This document shows, piece after piece, positions 1-12,130 of a stretch of 64,000 nucleotides of DNA. The position numbers and the translations under genes are program-made. Numbering within the stretch: position 1 is the first letter of the stretch; every line of letters begins with the position of its first letter. Under the pieces are notes generated by a model. The model saw nothing but the letters and a program-made list of their open reading frames with translations, did no database searches and was not told the origin of the DNA. The DNA is taken from the NCBI RefSeq assembly GCF_040938485.1, contig NW_027271232.1, positions 1,178,001 to 1,242,000 on the forward strand, read 5' to 3'. This stretch comes from Diadema antillarum (lineage: Eukaryota).

Positions 1-2251
1 AAAGTGACCATTGTCGTGGATGCGAGATCACTCGTATGATTATGACAATGAAGATCACTCTTATTATTTTTCACAGTTAGTTATTCAATAAGTGTAGCAA
101 TATACCCCTGCGAAATAATCTTGCGTAAAACCTCCTTTTTTGTTAAAAAGTGACATCATTTTGATTAGGGAATCACTTTTCTGTTATGTGTGTGTATCAG
201 TTATGTTAAACATTGTTAAGTAAAACACTAAATCAAGCCGAATAAACCAAACTTTTAATAACCCATGAGATAACGACATTTTGAAATAAAAAGGCATATG
301 ATACATATACTTTGCGAATATGAAATTGAACACATAAGCAATACTATCCATTCGGCCAACTTTCTTATATCGAGCGTATATAACACACAATACTATGTTA
401 CATGATATTCAAAATGATCCCATCTTTCTTAGCTCCCATTTCATTATGTAATTATTTTCTTCATGTATTGGAGAAAGGTCATTTTGTCTTGCTGTTTGTT
501 TTTTTCTGGGGAAGAGGGGCAATCATCTGATTTTATGTATTTGGGTTCGTTATTTCATTCTTTTTTTTTTGTGAGGGGGGAGGGTGAGCATGTCGATTTA
601 ATAATCTATTAATTTCTTTACGCTTAATGTTAGACGAGGGAATATCTGAGGTTATGGCTGGCCTGGGTGCTGTTTTCTTTCTGATAACATAATCGTTATT
701 AGCAATACTGCAAAGGTTACGTTGTCATCATCGTCAACCTGTCAAGCCTTGCCATCATCAATGGTTGTGGATAAAGTTAATAGGCCTAATCACTCTGCAT
801 AATTTAAGGGAAACAATAAATCTATCGTCAGCTGGACTATAATATTACCATTCGGGTCCAATCGCGTCTTAAATGGGGGTCGCTTCTGATCCCGATCGTA
901 AAAGATATCGTATCTTATCTCAGCAGCCCGTATTGGTTCGCGGTATTCGTATGGGAACGTATCAGTACGTTGCTGCACGTACCAGATCGAGGATCCTGAT
1001 CGTAATGGTCATGTTAGATCGGTACCAATCGTGAACTCAATCAGGACAATCCTGTCGGATCGTATTTGAACGGCAGACCAGATCGTGACAGATCGTATCG
1101 CTTGAAATAGACCAATCGTGACCATATCGCATTCAAGCGTACCAACACGTATTGACTCGCATAACCTCGTATCCAAACGTGATATTTCATACGAGTTCAA
1201 CAAATTTTCCACGATCAGTTACGAATGTCCAATCGTGGCGTTCGCAATGGATCGCACGATAGTGGGAACCCCGCTTCACTGATTGTGGAAGTTTAGTTGA
1301 ACTCGTCTGAAATTTCACGTTTGGATACGAGGTTATGCGAGTCAATACGTGCTGGTTCGCTTGGATGCGATATGGTCACGATTGGTCTATTTCAAGGAAT
1401 ACGGTTTGTCACGATCTGGTCTCCCGTTCAACAACGATCCTATAGGATTGTCCCGATTGAGTCCACGATTGGTTCCGACCTAACACGATTATTACGATCG
1501 GAATACCCGATCTTGTGCGTGCAGCTACGTTCTGATACGTTCCAATACGAATACTGCGAACTAATGCGGGCTGTTGAGATAAGATACGATATCTTTCACG
1601 ATCGGCATCAAAAGCGGCCCCCATTTAAGTTGCGATTGGACCTGAATGTCAATATTATAGTCCGGCTGACAATGGATTTCATTGTTTCCTTAACTTCTGC
1701 AGAGTGATTAGGCCTATATATACTATCCACAATCATTGATGATGGCAAGGGTTGACAGGTTGAGGATGATGACAACGTGACCTTTGCAGTATTGCGAATG
1801 ACGATTACGTTATCATCAGAGAGAAAACAGCACCTAGGCCAGCCACAACCTCAGATAGTCCCCCCTCTAATTTAACCTATGAAAGAAATTAACAGACTAT
1901 TGAATCGACATGCTCATCCTCTCCCCCCCCCACCCCCAACCCCCCCCCCCCCCAAAAAAAAAAAAATCATATTATGGCTTTTTATTACAAAGTGTCGTAA
2001 TCTCATGGGATATTGAAAGCTTAGTTGGTTTGGCTTGATTTATTTAACATTGTTTAAGGAAAACGAAATGCACACAACAGAAAATTAACTTTTCTAAAAT
2101 AATATCACTTTTTAACAAAACCATTGTTTTAAGCAAAATTATTTCGTAGGGGTATTGCTACTCTTATTGACTAACTTTTATGTGAAAAATAACGACAGCG
2201 ATCTTTATAGTCCTGTACGAGTGACCTTGCATCCACGACAATGGTCACTTT
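1..2251. repeat. Large imperfect inverted repeat (foldback): left arm 1-1219 (may extend off-window), 58 bp spacer, right arm 1278-2251
   Basis: 1-24 AAAGTGACCATTGTCGTGGATGCG is the near reverse complement of 2228-2251. 781-816 mirrors 1681-1716, and 1181-1219 mirrors 1278-1325. The arms look roughly 80-85% identical by eye; the left arm has ~250 extra bp (~300-560). Confidence 0.9.
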
Positions 2252-3104
2252 TCAAAAGTCACAAAATTTACTTTTGTGGGGTATGTGAAACATTCTGCTT
2301 CTGGTGAATGTTTCAATGGTGTTGTTGTTTTAAAATTCATTGTGCCACCCCTCCCTTATTCAATATAAAGAGTACAGTTTGGCATTTTTGTTCTATCTTT
2401 AAAGTGTACATGCTTACTCAATATAGAAACAGCTTCTCCTTCTTATGCTCACTCGACATGGGCTGCTAGATCCTGGTTGCATTATCTGACAACAATCCTT
2501 AACTAAATGGATTTTGCAGTTGACACAGCAATTTTCCTCTAAAATCGTGCTCAACCAACCACAAAAAAAAGTGTCACAATAGATGTGAAGGGAGCAAACG
2601 ATGGGTGATGATTAGTCAATTTATACAATACACAAGAAATAGAATACTACAGCCCCCTTAAAAAAACAACAACAAATAAACAAATACTGTAGTATACTTT
2701 TAAAAAGTAATCAAATTTGCCTTTGATGTGCGTTCATTCATGCACGATCCAGGAAACTATTCTCATTTTTATACTGCCTTTAGTCAATACGTTCAGACAT
2801 ACCATTGCCATTCTATTTTTGCTCATTTCTTTTGTTTAAAAAATAGCCCAAATTGATTACTGGGAACTAATTTGTGAGTCTATGTAATGGTAATATGGAT
2901 CAATGATATGTATGAAAACATTTAAGAATTTATGATACAACTTTCATTTCATGAACTTATAAAGAAACAAATTATATATACCTTACAAATAATGTAACGA
3001 AATGCCTACACAATCACACAATTTACCATTGGAAGTGATAATCTAAAGATGCAGCTACCACCTCAAAATACAAATTATATACGATATGCGAGTAAAATAA
3101 GGGC

Positions 3105-3378
3105 AACACGATCAACACGATTGAGAAGCACGATTAGATGAGATTTTCTGCGTTTTGATTCGATCCAAGACAATCTGATGCAATGATCACGATCAAAAAT
3201 TAATCGTGTTAATCGCAGAAAATGTTTGCACCGTCCAAAACTTTTCTACGATTTACGCGATTGCCACGATTAGATCTGATACAATCTAATACGATGTAAT
3301 AAGATCACCACGATTGCTTCACGATTTAGACCACGATTGCAATCGTGGCGCCAATCGTGATAGTGGGAACCCCGCTTA
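3105..3378. mobile_element. ACGAT-rich interspersed repeat fragment ending in AGTGGGAACCCCGCTT (same family as the centre of the foldback)
   Basis: Dense CACGAT/ATCGTG motifs. The terminal AATCGTGGCG...GATAGTGGGAACCCCGCTT (3341-3377) recurs at 1232-1276. No opposite terminus was found. Confidence 0.6.
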
Positions 3379-3963
3379 AACGTCATTAATTTCTTAAAGT
3401 GATCAATTATATTTCATGTATATTTTTCTCCTCTGTGAAATTCGATGGATCAAAAATTATTCAATCCAAGAAAAAAGTCATCTTAGAAGTGTTAATGTAT
3501 ACTAAAATAACCATTGCGGTATAAAGCAAAATACTTGGCGAGCTGTGAAAGATCAAGAAGAGTACAGTAAGCTCCTTCCAAGGAACATTCAATAGTGCAA
3601 AAAAAAAAAACCTCTCATCCGAGTGGAATCTCGATGGAGTGTGAGGAATGAGAAATTAAAGTTACGTTTGCGTGACAGATGTTCCCTCAAGAAATCTCGA
3701 AATTCTGCATTTTTGATAACTAAAAATATACAAAACATCAAAAAGGTTGTGATTTTGACAATAGCAGGAGAAAAAAACAACATTTTTTCAAGCAATTAAG
3801 ATGAGAATTCAAGGAACAGCACATAAAGTTTGAACACCTTTTTTTCATTACCAACGCTTTGTTGTTGTTTTTTTGAGTTTAATTCATATTTAACATTTTT
3901 TTGAGTTTAATTCATATTTCACATTTTTGACGCTTTGGTTCTTTTCTCTCCAATACCGATTAA
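3379..3963. repeat. Relic copy of the upstream (U) block of the GPCR duplication unit
   Basis: Co-linear with 10391-10870 and 5090-5630 (e.g. GGAGTGTGAGGAATGAG..AAAGTTACGTTTGCGTG.CAGATGTTCCCTCAAG at 3636-3690 and 10606-10660). Confidence 0.8.
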
Positions 3964-4235
3964 AGGGTGTGTACAGTTCTGGTTGAGGTGTAGATTTAGC
4001 CTTTAACATTTTGCAAGATATTCAGAAACCACTCTATGAGATGTAAGGGGGAATGCAGTTCTAAGGGGTATCAAAAGTTTATTAGATGAAAATCGGTTTT
4101 GAAATGGCTGAGATATCCAAAAACAAGGTGAAACAAAGAGATCCTAATATAGTTGTGGCATGTCGCCTTTTATTATTAGCACTTTCTTGGATATCTCAGC
4201 CATTTGAAAACCAATTTTCATCATATAAACGTTTA
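3964..4235. mobile_element. Kolobok-type (TTAA, AG terminus) MITE, one end only
   Basis: TTAA 3960-3963 is followed by AGGGTGTGTACAGTTCTGGTTGAGG. There is an internal inverted repeat at 4085-4120/4187-4222. It belongs to the same family as 50995-51375. The paralogous site at ~10866 (CACCGA TTAA TCTAGG) is empty. Confidence 0.7.
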
Positions 4236-4617
4236 AAATTCTTATCACAGCATTGAGCTATGTTGTGTTAATTTTGTGATTGGAAAGGTAATTTACTACC
4301 ATTTCTTTATATAAACCTGAAGCTGACATGAAAATTATAACGTAATTGATCACTTCCGATTTTAGTCTACACTTGTAGATGTTATAATAAACTATTATCG
4401 TGATTAACGATAATGCAACTACAACCAGGTTATAGGACGTTATAGAAGAATTAAACTCAGTAGTATACAGTGCCTTACCTCAAAGGCGTCATAACTTCAA
4501 TGCTTCTGTTTCTTAAGCCCCTATTGAGACTATAGAACAGTTATTCAATTATCGATACCGTTTCTGATTAAGGCCAATATTCTTATGCACACATGCGGAA
4601 ATTATGTGGCAAATCTT

Positions 4618-4880
4618 ACCGGAGAAGCAAATGACTCCTTAGCAAAGATTAGCAAAATCAGCAGATCACATATACATCCGCATTTCGTTGGAGTGATGTA
4701 CTAGAAATGCATCTCTTTACGACTTAAATAGTCGTCGTCAAATAATGTCCGTGTGTAGTGGATGGTAATGAGTTCAGCCAATAATACCAATTCATTCGCC
4801 AAACATAATTAAAGGTAGTACCTTTTCACAATACAGACAGACAGACATATATACACGCGTGCGCACTCCACAAACATTAG
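4618..4880 (-). promoter_or_regulatory. Orphan promoter/leader-exon module (unit 0): donor GT 4618-4619, TATTTAA 4724-4730, CCAAT 4778-4782
   Basis: Co-linear with the modules upstream of GPCR genes 1-6, but there is no GPCR ORF between position 1 and here. Confidence 0.65.
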
Positions 4881-6289
4881 GCCTATAGCGCCGCACGGAA
4901 CAAAATCACTCATGCACCATAGCACTGTAAAGTTGACTCAATATAAAGAAATCTGTAATCCGGCATTGCAATGTGATAATCACATCGAAGCACAGCCAGG
5001 CAAAACACTCATAAGAAAACATCAGTACGTCACTACGCATAACATAAGATGTTCTTGCTTTTAAAAATGAGTTGCATTATTTCACATAAACGTCTTTCAT
5101 TTCTTAAAGTGATCTACTTTATTTCACATTCTGTTTCTGACCTTAACGAATACAATATTACGGAATGCAATGGGTCAGTAAAGCATTCACTACCAATGAA
5201 AATAGGAATTTATTCAATGTTCTAATTTACCCTCAAATCACCATAGCAGTGAGCAAATCTAGTTCGGTAGCAGTGAAAGATCGAGAAGAGTACAGTAATT
5301 TAAATCCGTAGAATTTTCAATAGTAAAGGAAATCCTCCTGTCTGATTGGAATCTTGAAAGAGTGTGAAGAATGAGAAATTGATGTTAGGATGACGTGGAG
5401 GCGTTCCCTCTAGAAATCTCAACATTTAGCATTCAACTTAAAACATGCAACGAGTTGTGCGTTTCAAAACAGCAAGGCAAAAAACATAATTCGTGTTAGC
5501 AATTAAGACGAGAAGGAAAGGCCACATAAGTATGAGCATTTCAACATTACTGACTCTTCTTTCTTTTTAGTTCAGTGTATACAATTTGCAATATTGATAC
5601 TTTTCTTCTTTCCCCTCCAATACCGGTGAGGGAGAAAATATATGCATTAAGTCACTAATCGTTTACACGTCTTAATTACGTGTCATATCGATACAAGTTT
5701 GGGGTTAGGGGTATGTTCGCTGCTGTCTGTGTTAAAGATTTTGCTCACTCTATAGATTTCCCCATCTGCTTACTAGGAGATATTTTCCCATTTTGAATAG
5801 TTGTCGGTTTTTCAACATTGACCTCTGCTTGACTCATGATTTCTAAATGAACTCTACAAAACATGGATACTCAGAGAAACACTTTAATGACATTTCTCCA
5901 AAACATGAAGTAAACCAAAAAATTTAAATGAAAAGAGCCAAATGCGAAATAGAAAGATATCACAATAAGTATACTTATTTGAAAATTTAGAGGCTCAGAG
6001 AATATAAGCACTTGATGATAAACGTACAAGTGTGTGTGAAACTTTAGTAGTTCTTGAAATACCTCAAATCCTTTGTATTCATATAAAGGAAGATAAATAC
6101 GCGTTGTTTATGGGAGTGGGTGGAATAAATGCGGCGTTTTTAAGCCAGAGTGCTTACACTATCTCAGGTAATTCAACATACATTCATTATCAGTTAAGGT
6201 TGCACATAAGTTATGCATACTGTTACAGTGAAGTGGCGTGAGGTGATAACTTTCACATCTCTGGGGCGTTCTTTTCTGCCAGTTTCCTA

Positions 6290-6603
6290 CACTCGATATA
6301 AGAAGAGAAATAAGTCCAACTTTGCACTTTTACGTGTGATGTACAACATCTTTCCAGGTGCAACTTTGCACCGTTTAGACCAGTGAGCACCTTCAATCCT
6401 CTCTGTGCCACGTTTATTTCCTATTCATAGACATGTGTGTGAAATTTGTGCATATTTGACTCTTTGTCACAGAAAGGGTTAAGGATGAAACTTTGCCCCA
6501 TTAAAGGTACTCATTGTTCAGAAAGGTGCAAAGTTGCACCCGTAATGGTGCTACAATTGTGCCACACGTAAATGTGCAAAGTTAAACCCTTTTTCTTAAA
6601 GTA
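6290..6603. mobile_element. EnSpm/CACTA-like non-autonomous element (CACTC end, TA flanks)
   Basis: The subterminal inverted repeat AACTTTGCACTTTTACGTG (~6319) pairs with CACGTAAATGTGCAAAGTT (~6564). GGTGCAACTTTGCACC is also present in both orientations. The element is absent from the paralogous spacer near 12510. Confidence 0.6.
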
Positions 6604-6991
6604 TATCTGCATTCATGATCAAACGATAGGACAGTTGCTGTAGCGCTCAGCTGGAGCTCTTTAACATTATTCCCTCATTGTTGCAAACCAAATGAACCAC
6701 TCATATATCTGCTATAAATCTACACTCATTACTTCATTGTTGCACTCTTTGCATAACCATAACGCAAAAACATGCCAAGATGTGTCCATGTGAAAAGCAA
6801 ATCTACAAAACCACTCATATATCTACTGGGAATTTAAAAAATCACACATCTACTGTGAATTTAGAAATTGTTGATTGGAGCAATTACTTCAGTTGACGAT
6901 TATCATAAATACTTAACGTAAGTATCTAACTCTTCTCATATTTCGCGGTGAAACATGAAGATTTAACAACTGCTTAATGTCGAAATGGTTC

Positions 6992-8401
6992 TCAGACAGG
7001 AACATCGGAGATTGTCAAAACTGAATCGTCTATTTCCTTTCCACCAAACAAAGCCATTTTTCCCGATGTGCTAGTGGTTGATTTAAACAATTCTCCTATC
7101 GCCTTGCGGAATTCAGGATTCCGAATCGTGTAAATGACAGGATTTGCGCAAGAATTACAGAAAGCTAGGGTAACTAGAGCGGAACTTAGAGGGCTGTACA
7201 GATAGGACTCTGACAAAATACCAAGGTTGTACAGGAGATATCCCGTCTGAGGCGGTGTCCACGAGATAAGAAAAACCGCAACAACAAGGAACAAAAGCTT
7301 TAGAGCATTCTTCCTAGCCACAAGGTACTTTACTGATGGGTTTGAGTTATTGAAGTTTGAACTTTCTCCTAGCCTCCGGCGGGATTGTCGATGGAGCACC
7401 AATGCCGTGACAGCCTGGCCTACGAGCATGATGAAAGCTGGTATGAGAAATTGAACGAGGTAAAGCATAATGCCTGAGATAATCTGGACAATTCGTGACT
7501 GAAATACTTCGGTGCACTTGTCGTCCTTAGCACTAGCCACAAAGAATAGGAAAACGTTCGCTAAAAACGCGGCCAGCCATGTCATGGCAACAGCTTTGCC
7601 AACCCTCTGCCGTGTTACAAGACGCTTGAAATGAAGAGGGTGGGCAATCGCAATGTATCTCTCTATTGGAATCAATGCGAGAATGAAGATGGAGGCATCC
7701 ACTGAAATCCACATGGGCATCGATGTGTAAATAACCTTGCAGTAGACATTCCCTAGCCATGTTTCAGGAACCCAGAGTTCCGTAGGCAGTGGGACCATGA
7801 ACACTGATGTTAAGAAATCCGCAACGGCTAAAGCAGCGATCATTGCATCAGTCGACCGGCAAGTGTGACGTCTTTTGAATAACACGAGGATCACGGTCAG
7901 GTTTCCTACTATTCCCAGCATGGACATTGTTAGTTGCAGAGTCGTCACCCATGTCCATGTAACTGACTGCCACTTCCAAAGCACCTTGGGAACAGCAGAT
8001 TCTTCCTCATTTTGCTTGGTGAAATTTGGCGGACTAAAATCTGCAGTGTCCGTTATTAATTCTGTGTGATTTCCAGGGTTCATTTTAGAAATGGTAAAAT
8101 CGTTTTGTGGGAATGCTTTCATTTGGACGTTATCATTGTGCTGTCGGGTTGTTTCGATATGTGAATAGTTCTTTTCAAACTGAGTAGAGACTGAAGCATT
8201 ATCTAAACATTGGGCAAATGTCGTCAAATTGCTGTGAATGACCTCGATGGTTGAATTACATGTAGAATTAACAACCTGTGCCCTCGTAGTGGTTGAGGAA
8301 GAGTATTGAACAGCCGTAGTCCTAACCGTCTCCGCTGTGACTGTAAGACGGACCGCTTTAGTTATGATAAGGAGAACGATCATTCGAGTTGTTGACCTCA
8401 T
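6992..8401 (-). CDS. Orphan class A GPCR paralog 1 (469 aa; galanin/allatostatin-A receptor-like), single coding exon
   Basis: Seven hydrophobic helices with GIVGN (TM1), LAVADF (TM2), CK..IERY (TM3), W4.50, ECL2 Cys, FLIP (TM5), SWTP (TM6) and NSCANPVIY (TM7). It has a signal-peptide-like N-terminus and 7 N-x-S/T sequons in a ~145 aa ectodomain. Confidence 0.96.
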   Translation of the reverse strand: MRSTTRMIVLLIITKAVRLTVTAETVRTTAVQYSSSTTTRAQVVNSTCNSTIEVIHSNLTTFAQCLDNASVSTQFEKNYSHIETTRQHNDNVQMKAFPQNDFTISKMNPGNHTELITDTADFSPPNFTKQNEEESAVPKVLWKWQSVTWTWVTTLQLTMSMLGIVGNLTVILVLFKRRHTCRSTDAMIAALAVADFLTSVFMVPLPTELWVPETWLGNVYCKVIYTSMPMWISVDASIFILALIPIERYIAIAHPLHFKRLVTRQRVGKAVAMTWLAAFLANVFLFFVASAKDDKCTEVFQSRIVQIISGIMLYLVQFLIPAFIMLVGQAVTALVLHRQSRRRLGESSNFNNSNPSVKYLVARKNALKLLFLVVAVFLISWTPPQTGYLLYNLGILSESYLYSPLSSALVTLAFCNSCANPVIYTIRNPEFRKAIGELFKSTTSTSGKMALFGGKEIDDSVLTISDVPV

Positions 8402-8418
8402 TTTTCCTCTTGCTTTTC

Positions 8419-9875
8419 CTGTATTAAAGAATATAACATCATAAAATTGTAACGATGTTCATTATTCTGTTGCCAAGGCATGACAGAGGATTATCAAAAG
8501 TGCATCATAATTCAGTGTTCACTTTGACTTTGAAAACTTCGTATAATCATACAAACAGGCGAAGTTTCATCAAAACTCCGAAACAGCCATGGAATTCTAC
8601 AATGACAACTTTCTTTCTTACAGATATTATTTGAAGCCACGTATGTAAAATCAGATTATACCATGTCCATGACATACTATTCCTCCTTTGAGCCTCCTGC
8701 AAATCTGTTTATTTTCTGTCTTAAAATTGAATAATACGACACAAAGTGTAGTCTTTCCCACGATCTTATTTCATTTGCAGTAACTTTACCTTTTTAAGAC
8801 TTTGGTTACCATCTAGCAGGAAGATTTTGAGGTCATGAAGTACTCATTCCGTCCGCTCATATTTTATTATGAAGGGTAAGACCAAAATCATTAAACAAGT
8901 AAAAGTTAAGAGGTCATTCGATTTCACCTGCGATTTTCATGAAATGTTGGATTGTTTTATTTTGACTTCATTGATGTCCGCTTGAACAATTGGGGTGGCA
9001 TTACATGCCTTTTCAGCAGGAAACGAATTGATTAAAACTTATTTTAACAACCATTTATAAATGCTCTTCTTCATGAGTGATTGTAAAAGAGAGCATGCGC
9101 AAGGTCATTACGCGAGAAAATATGTCCATCTAGTGATTTCTTTTAAGACCTTGGAGACATGTGCGAATTTAATTGCCTTTGATATAGTGTCCACTTTGCC
9201 AGACTGTTTTTCCATATCCTAATGTGAGCCTCCCACAACAATTTTGGATACATCAATACTAAAGACACAGCATTTGCGATGACTAAAGATTGACCGGAGA
9301 TGGCAAAAGCTTGGCGGTCTTTGAAAGAGTCTAGACATTTGGACATGACAAATTAAAGTCTTTTACGACACTTGATAATAGGGCCTATGTCCATACAATG
9401 CATTGACAATATGGCTATAGATAGGCTATAGATCGAGGATTTAATCTAAAAAGGCATAGATTTGTATAAAATAATCCTTGCTATGACAACATCAAGCTAC
9501 GATGTCTAAATTCCTATTATATGATTGGAAAAGATAATTTACTACCGCTTCTTTAGCTACACCATAAAACTGATATGAAATTTTGAAATTGAAATTAAAA
9601 TTGAAAATGATTTAACGATCAACACTTTTCCAACGATAGTGTAGATATTTAAAGATATTAACTTGATTAACGATACTACAACCAGGTTGTAGAACGTTAT
9701 AGCAGAATTCGTGTAGAGTTGATTTGCTTGGTTAATTCCCTACTTGCAAAGAATTTTAGCGAGTATGGTGTATTTCTGAAGGTATTGAAACACGCGAATT
9801 ATAAGATAATCATCCGTTCCTTATTAGAGTTGGTATCCTACTGCAGACTTGAGCAAATCAACGAGCAAACCTTAC
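8419..9875 (-). other. Predicted 5'UTR intron of paralog 1 (GT 9874-9875 ... AG 8419-8420)
   Basis: The minus strand reads TTCTTTAATACAG|GAAAAG..ATG at the acceptor and CTTCGG|GTAAGG at the donor. Equivalent sites are conserved in all units. Confidence 0.65.
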
Positions 9876-10106
9876 CCGAAGCAGCTGACTCCGTGGCACA
9901 GATTATAAGTAGCCCTACCAGCAGGTCACGTACTTCCGCATTTCGTTGAAATGATGTGTTGGAACTGCATTCATGTCTTTAAGCTTATATAGTCGTCGTC
10001 TAATGATGCGCGTGAGCAGTGTATGTGTTCAATTCAGCCAATGATACCGTACGCCAATCATATCAAGACGTATTACGTTTTGAATTACAAATCTGCACAC
10101 GCACAT

Positions 10107-10150
<44 letters not shown>
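9874..10150 (-). promoter_or_regulatory. Leader exon and promoter of paralog 1: TATATAA 9985-9991, NRF1-like site ~10006, CCAAT 10038-10042, (CA)n ~10093-10150
   Basis: Canonical TATA with a CCAAT box ~47 bp further upstream. The block is conserved in seven copies. Confidence 0.7.
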
Positions 10151-11789
10151 AGACTCCACAAACATTATAGCGCCGCACGCAAGAACAAACTTACTCTTGC
10201 ATTATAGAACTGTAAAGCTGACATTATTACCGATCTCGTAATCTGGCATTTTATATGCTTGTCAAATTTATCTGCATGATAAGTATATGGATAAGCGAAA
10301 CCAGACAAAACACACACAAGATTATATCAATAGGTTCATCAGGCATAAGACATGATGTTCTTGTTTTTATGTGAGTTAATTGTTTTCATGTAAACGTCAT
10401 TCATTTTTTTTAAATAGATAAATTTTATTTCATGCCCTTTTTTTGCTCTATGAAATTTGGTGGATAAAAAAAAAATTATTCATTATCAAGGAAAACCAAA
10501 AAGTTATTTTAAGAAGTGCTGATGTACGCTAAAATAACCATTAAGGTATGAAGCAATTCTACTTGGAACTTTAAATAGTGCAAGAAATCATCTTATCCGA
10601 GTAATGGAGTGTGAGGAATGAGTACTTAAAGTTACGTTTGCGTGTCAGATGTTCCCTCAAGGAATCTCGCAATTTTACTTTTCACTAAAAATATCCAAAA
10701 TATCTAAAAGGTTGTGCCTCTCACAATAGCAGGAAAAAAAAAATCTCAAGGAACAGCAGCTAAAAAGTTTTAACATTTTTCTTTCATTACCAACGCTTTG
10801 TTTCTTTTGAGTTTGATTTGTGTTTCACAAATTTGACACATTGGTTCTTTTCTCTCCAACACCGATTAATCTAGGATTAAACATTCAAGACGTGCTGATT
10901 CACGATGATCTTGTAGTCCGTGTACGTGTTGTTTGGCGCTAAATTTAATCTGCCTCCCAGAAAATAATAATCGGATTAAATCAAATTGATGTAAATCGAA
11001 GGTAGGTCATTCTTGTCGACACTCTCTGGGGCATAATACCTTTATTAGATGTCTTCGACCAGATACTCTTTTGCACGTTTTGATGATGTGTTATATGAAT
11101 GTTTGTTTGGGGTATCGTTTTTGCTATCTGCATGGGATTAAGTATTACACAATCTATATGTTTCTTCAACTGCGGCTGATGTGATATTTTCCAGTTTTGA
11201 ACAGTTGTTGTTTTTAATAACGATCCTTGGTTGACTCTTGACTTTTATATAAAATCCACAAAACATTTTACACTTAAAGACACTGAAGTGAATTCTATGC
11301 AAAACATGATATGAACCAATTATTTAGATTAAAAAATCCAAATGAATAATAACAAAATATAGCACAATTACTTAAACTTACTTAAAAGTTGTGAGCCTCG
11401 GTGAATTTAAGCATTTGTTGATAAACATGTAAGAATATAGATGACTTCGGCATGTCTTAAACATCTAAACTATGCGTATTTGTATAAAGAAAAAAATAAA
11501 ACATTTTGTTTATGTGGGAGAATGCGAATACAACCGGAATAGGTAGATATAGTATTGGTTTATTTCATCATAACAAGAATAACACATAGCATCCCTAAGG
11601 CTAATTGCGTGTCATTGCTGTAAATATACAAGCAACACAATACAATATTTTGTACATTAATCCCCCCCCCAAAAAAAAAAATGTTCCTTATTATATTTTC
11701 TACAAATATAATTCTATTTCTAGAAAAAAAAACCCGATTTAACATCAAAAAGTAATATGAAATAAAAGAAATAGAAAATATGTACATAC

Positions 11790-12130
11790 ATGCATTTATT
11801 GATACATCAGCCCACTAGATACAACGGCAACATGTGCCAAATTTCAGATCAAATACTCAACAACTGTGGGAGATAATTCAATCGACAATACATTTCATAT
11901 CTTTTGCATGAAAAAGGTCAGAATGGCAACACATTGCAAGAAACATAAAAAAAATCCTTTGCAAATAAAAAAGAAATCACGATGATCCTATGTGTAGGAT
12001 TCCGAAGCAGATACTCAAAACTGAGGGACTTAGCCAAATGAGCTGATAATCAATTTGCATAATTTTATTAAAAATATTGTTACCATGACAACACATTGTC
12101 TGGCATTGTCCCAAAAAAAATGATAAAAAT
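11790..12130. repeat. Interspersed repeat carrying a GTTACCATGACAAC motif, inserted in the spacer
   Basis: AAAATATTGTTACCATGACAACACATTG (12071-12098) resembles 39604-39630 and 39751-39780. The segment is missing from the paralogous spacer at ~6150. Confidence 0.45.

Noticed and set aside
790-1707. Similar ORFs on opposite strands (790-978, 1009-1212, 1297-1707)
   Set aside because: The similarity is just the inverted repeat. The low stop density comes from the ACGAT-rich composition, and no protein family is recognisable.
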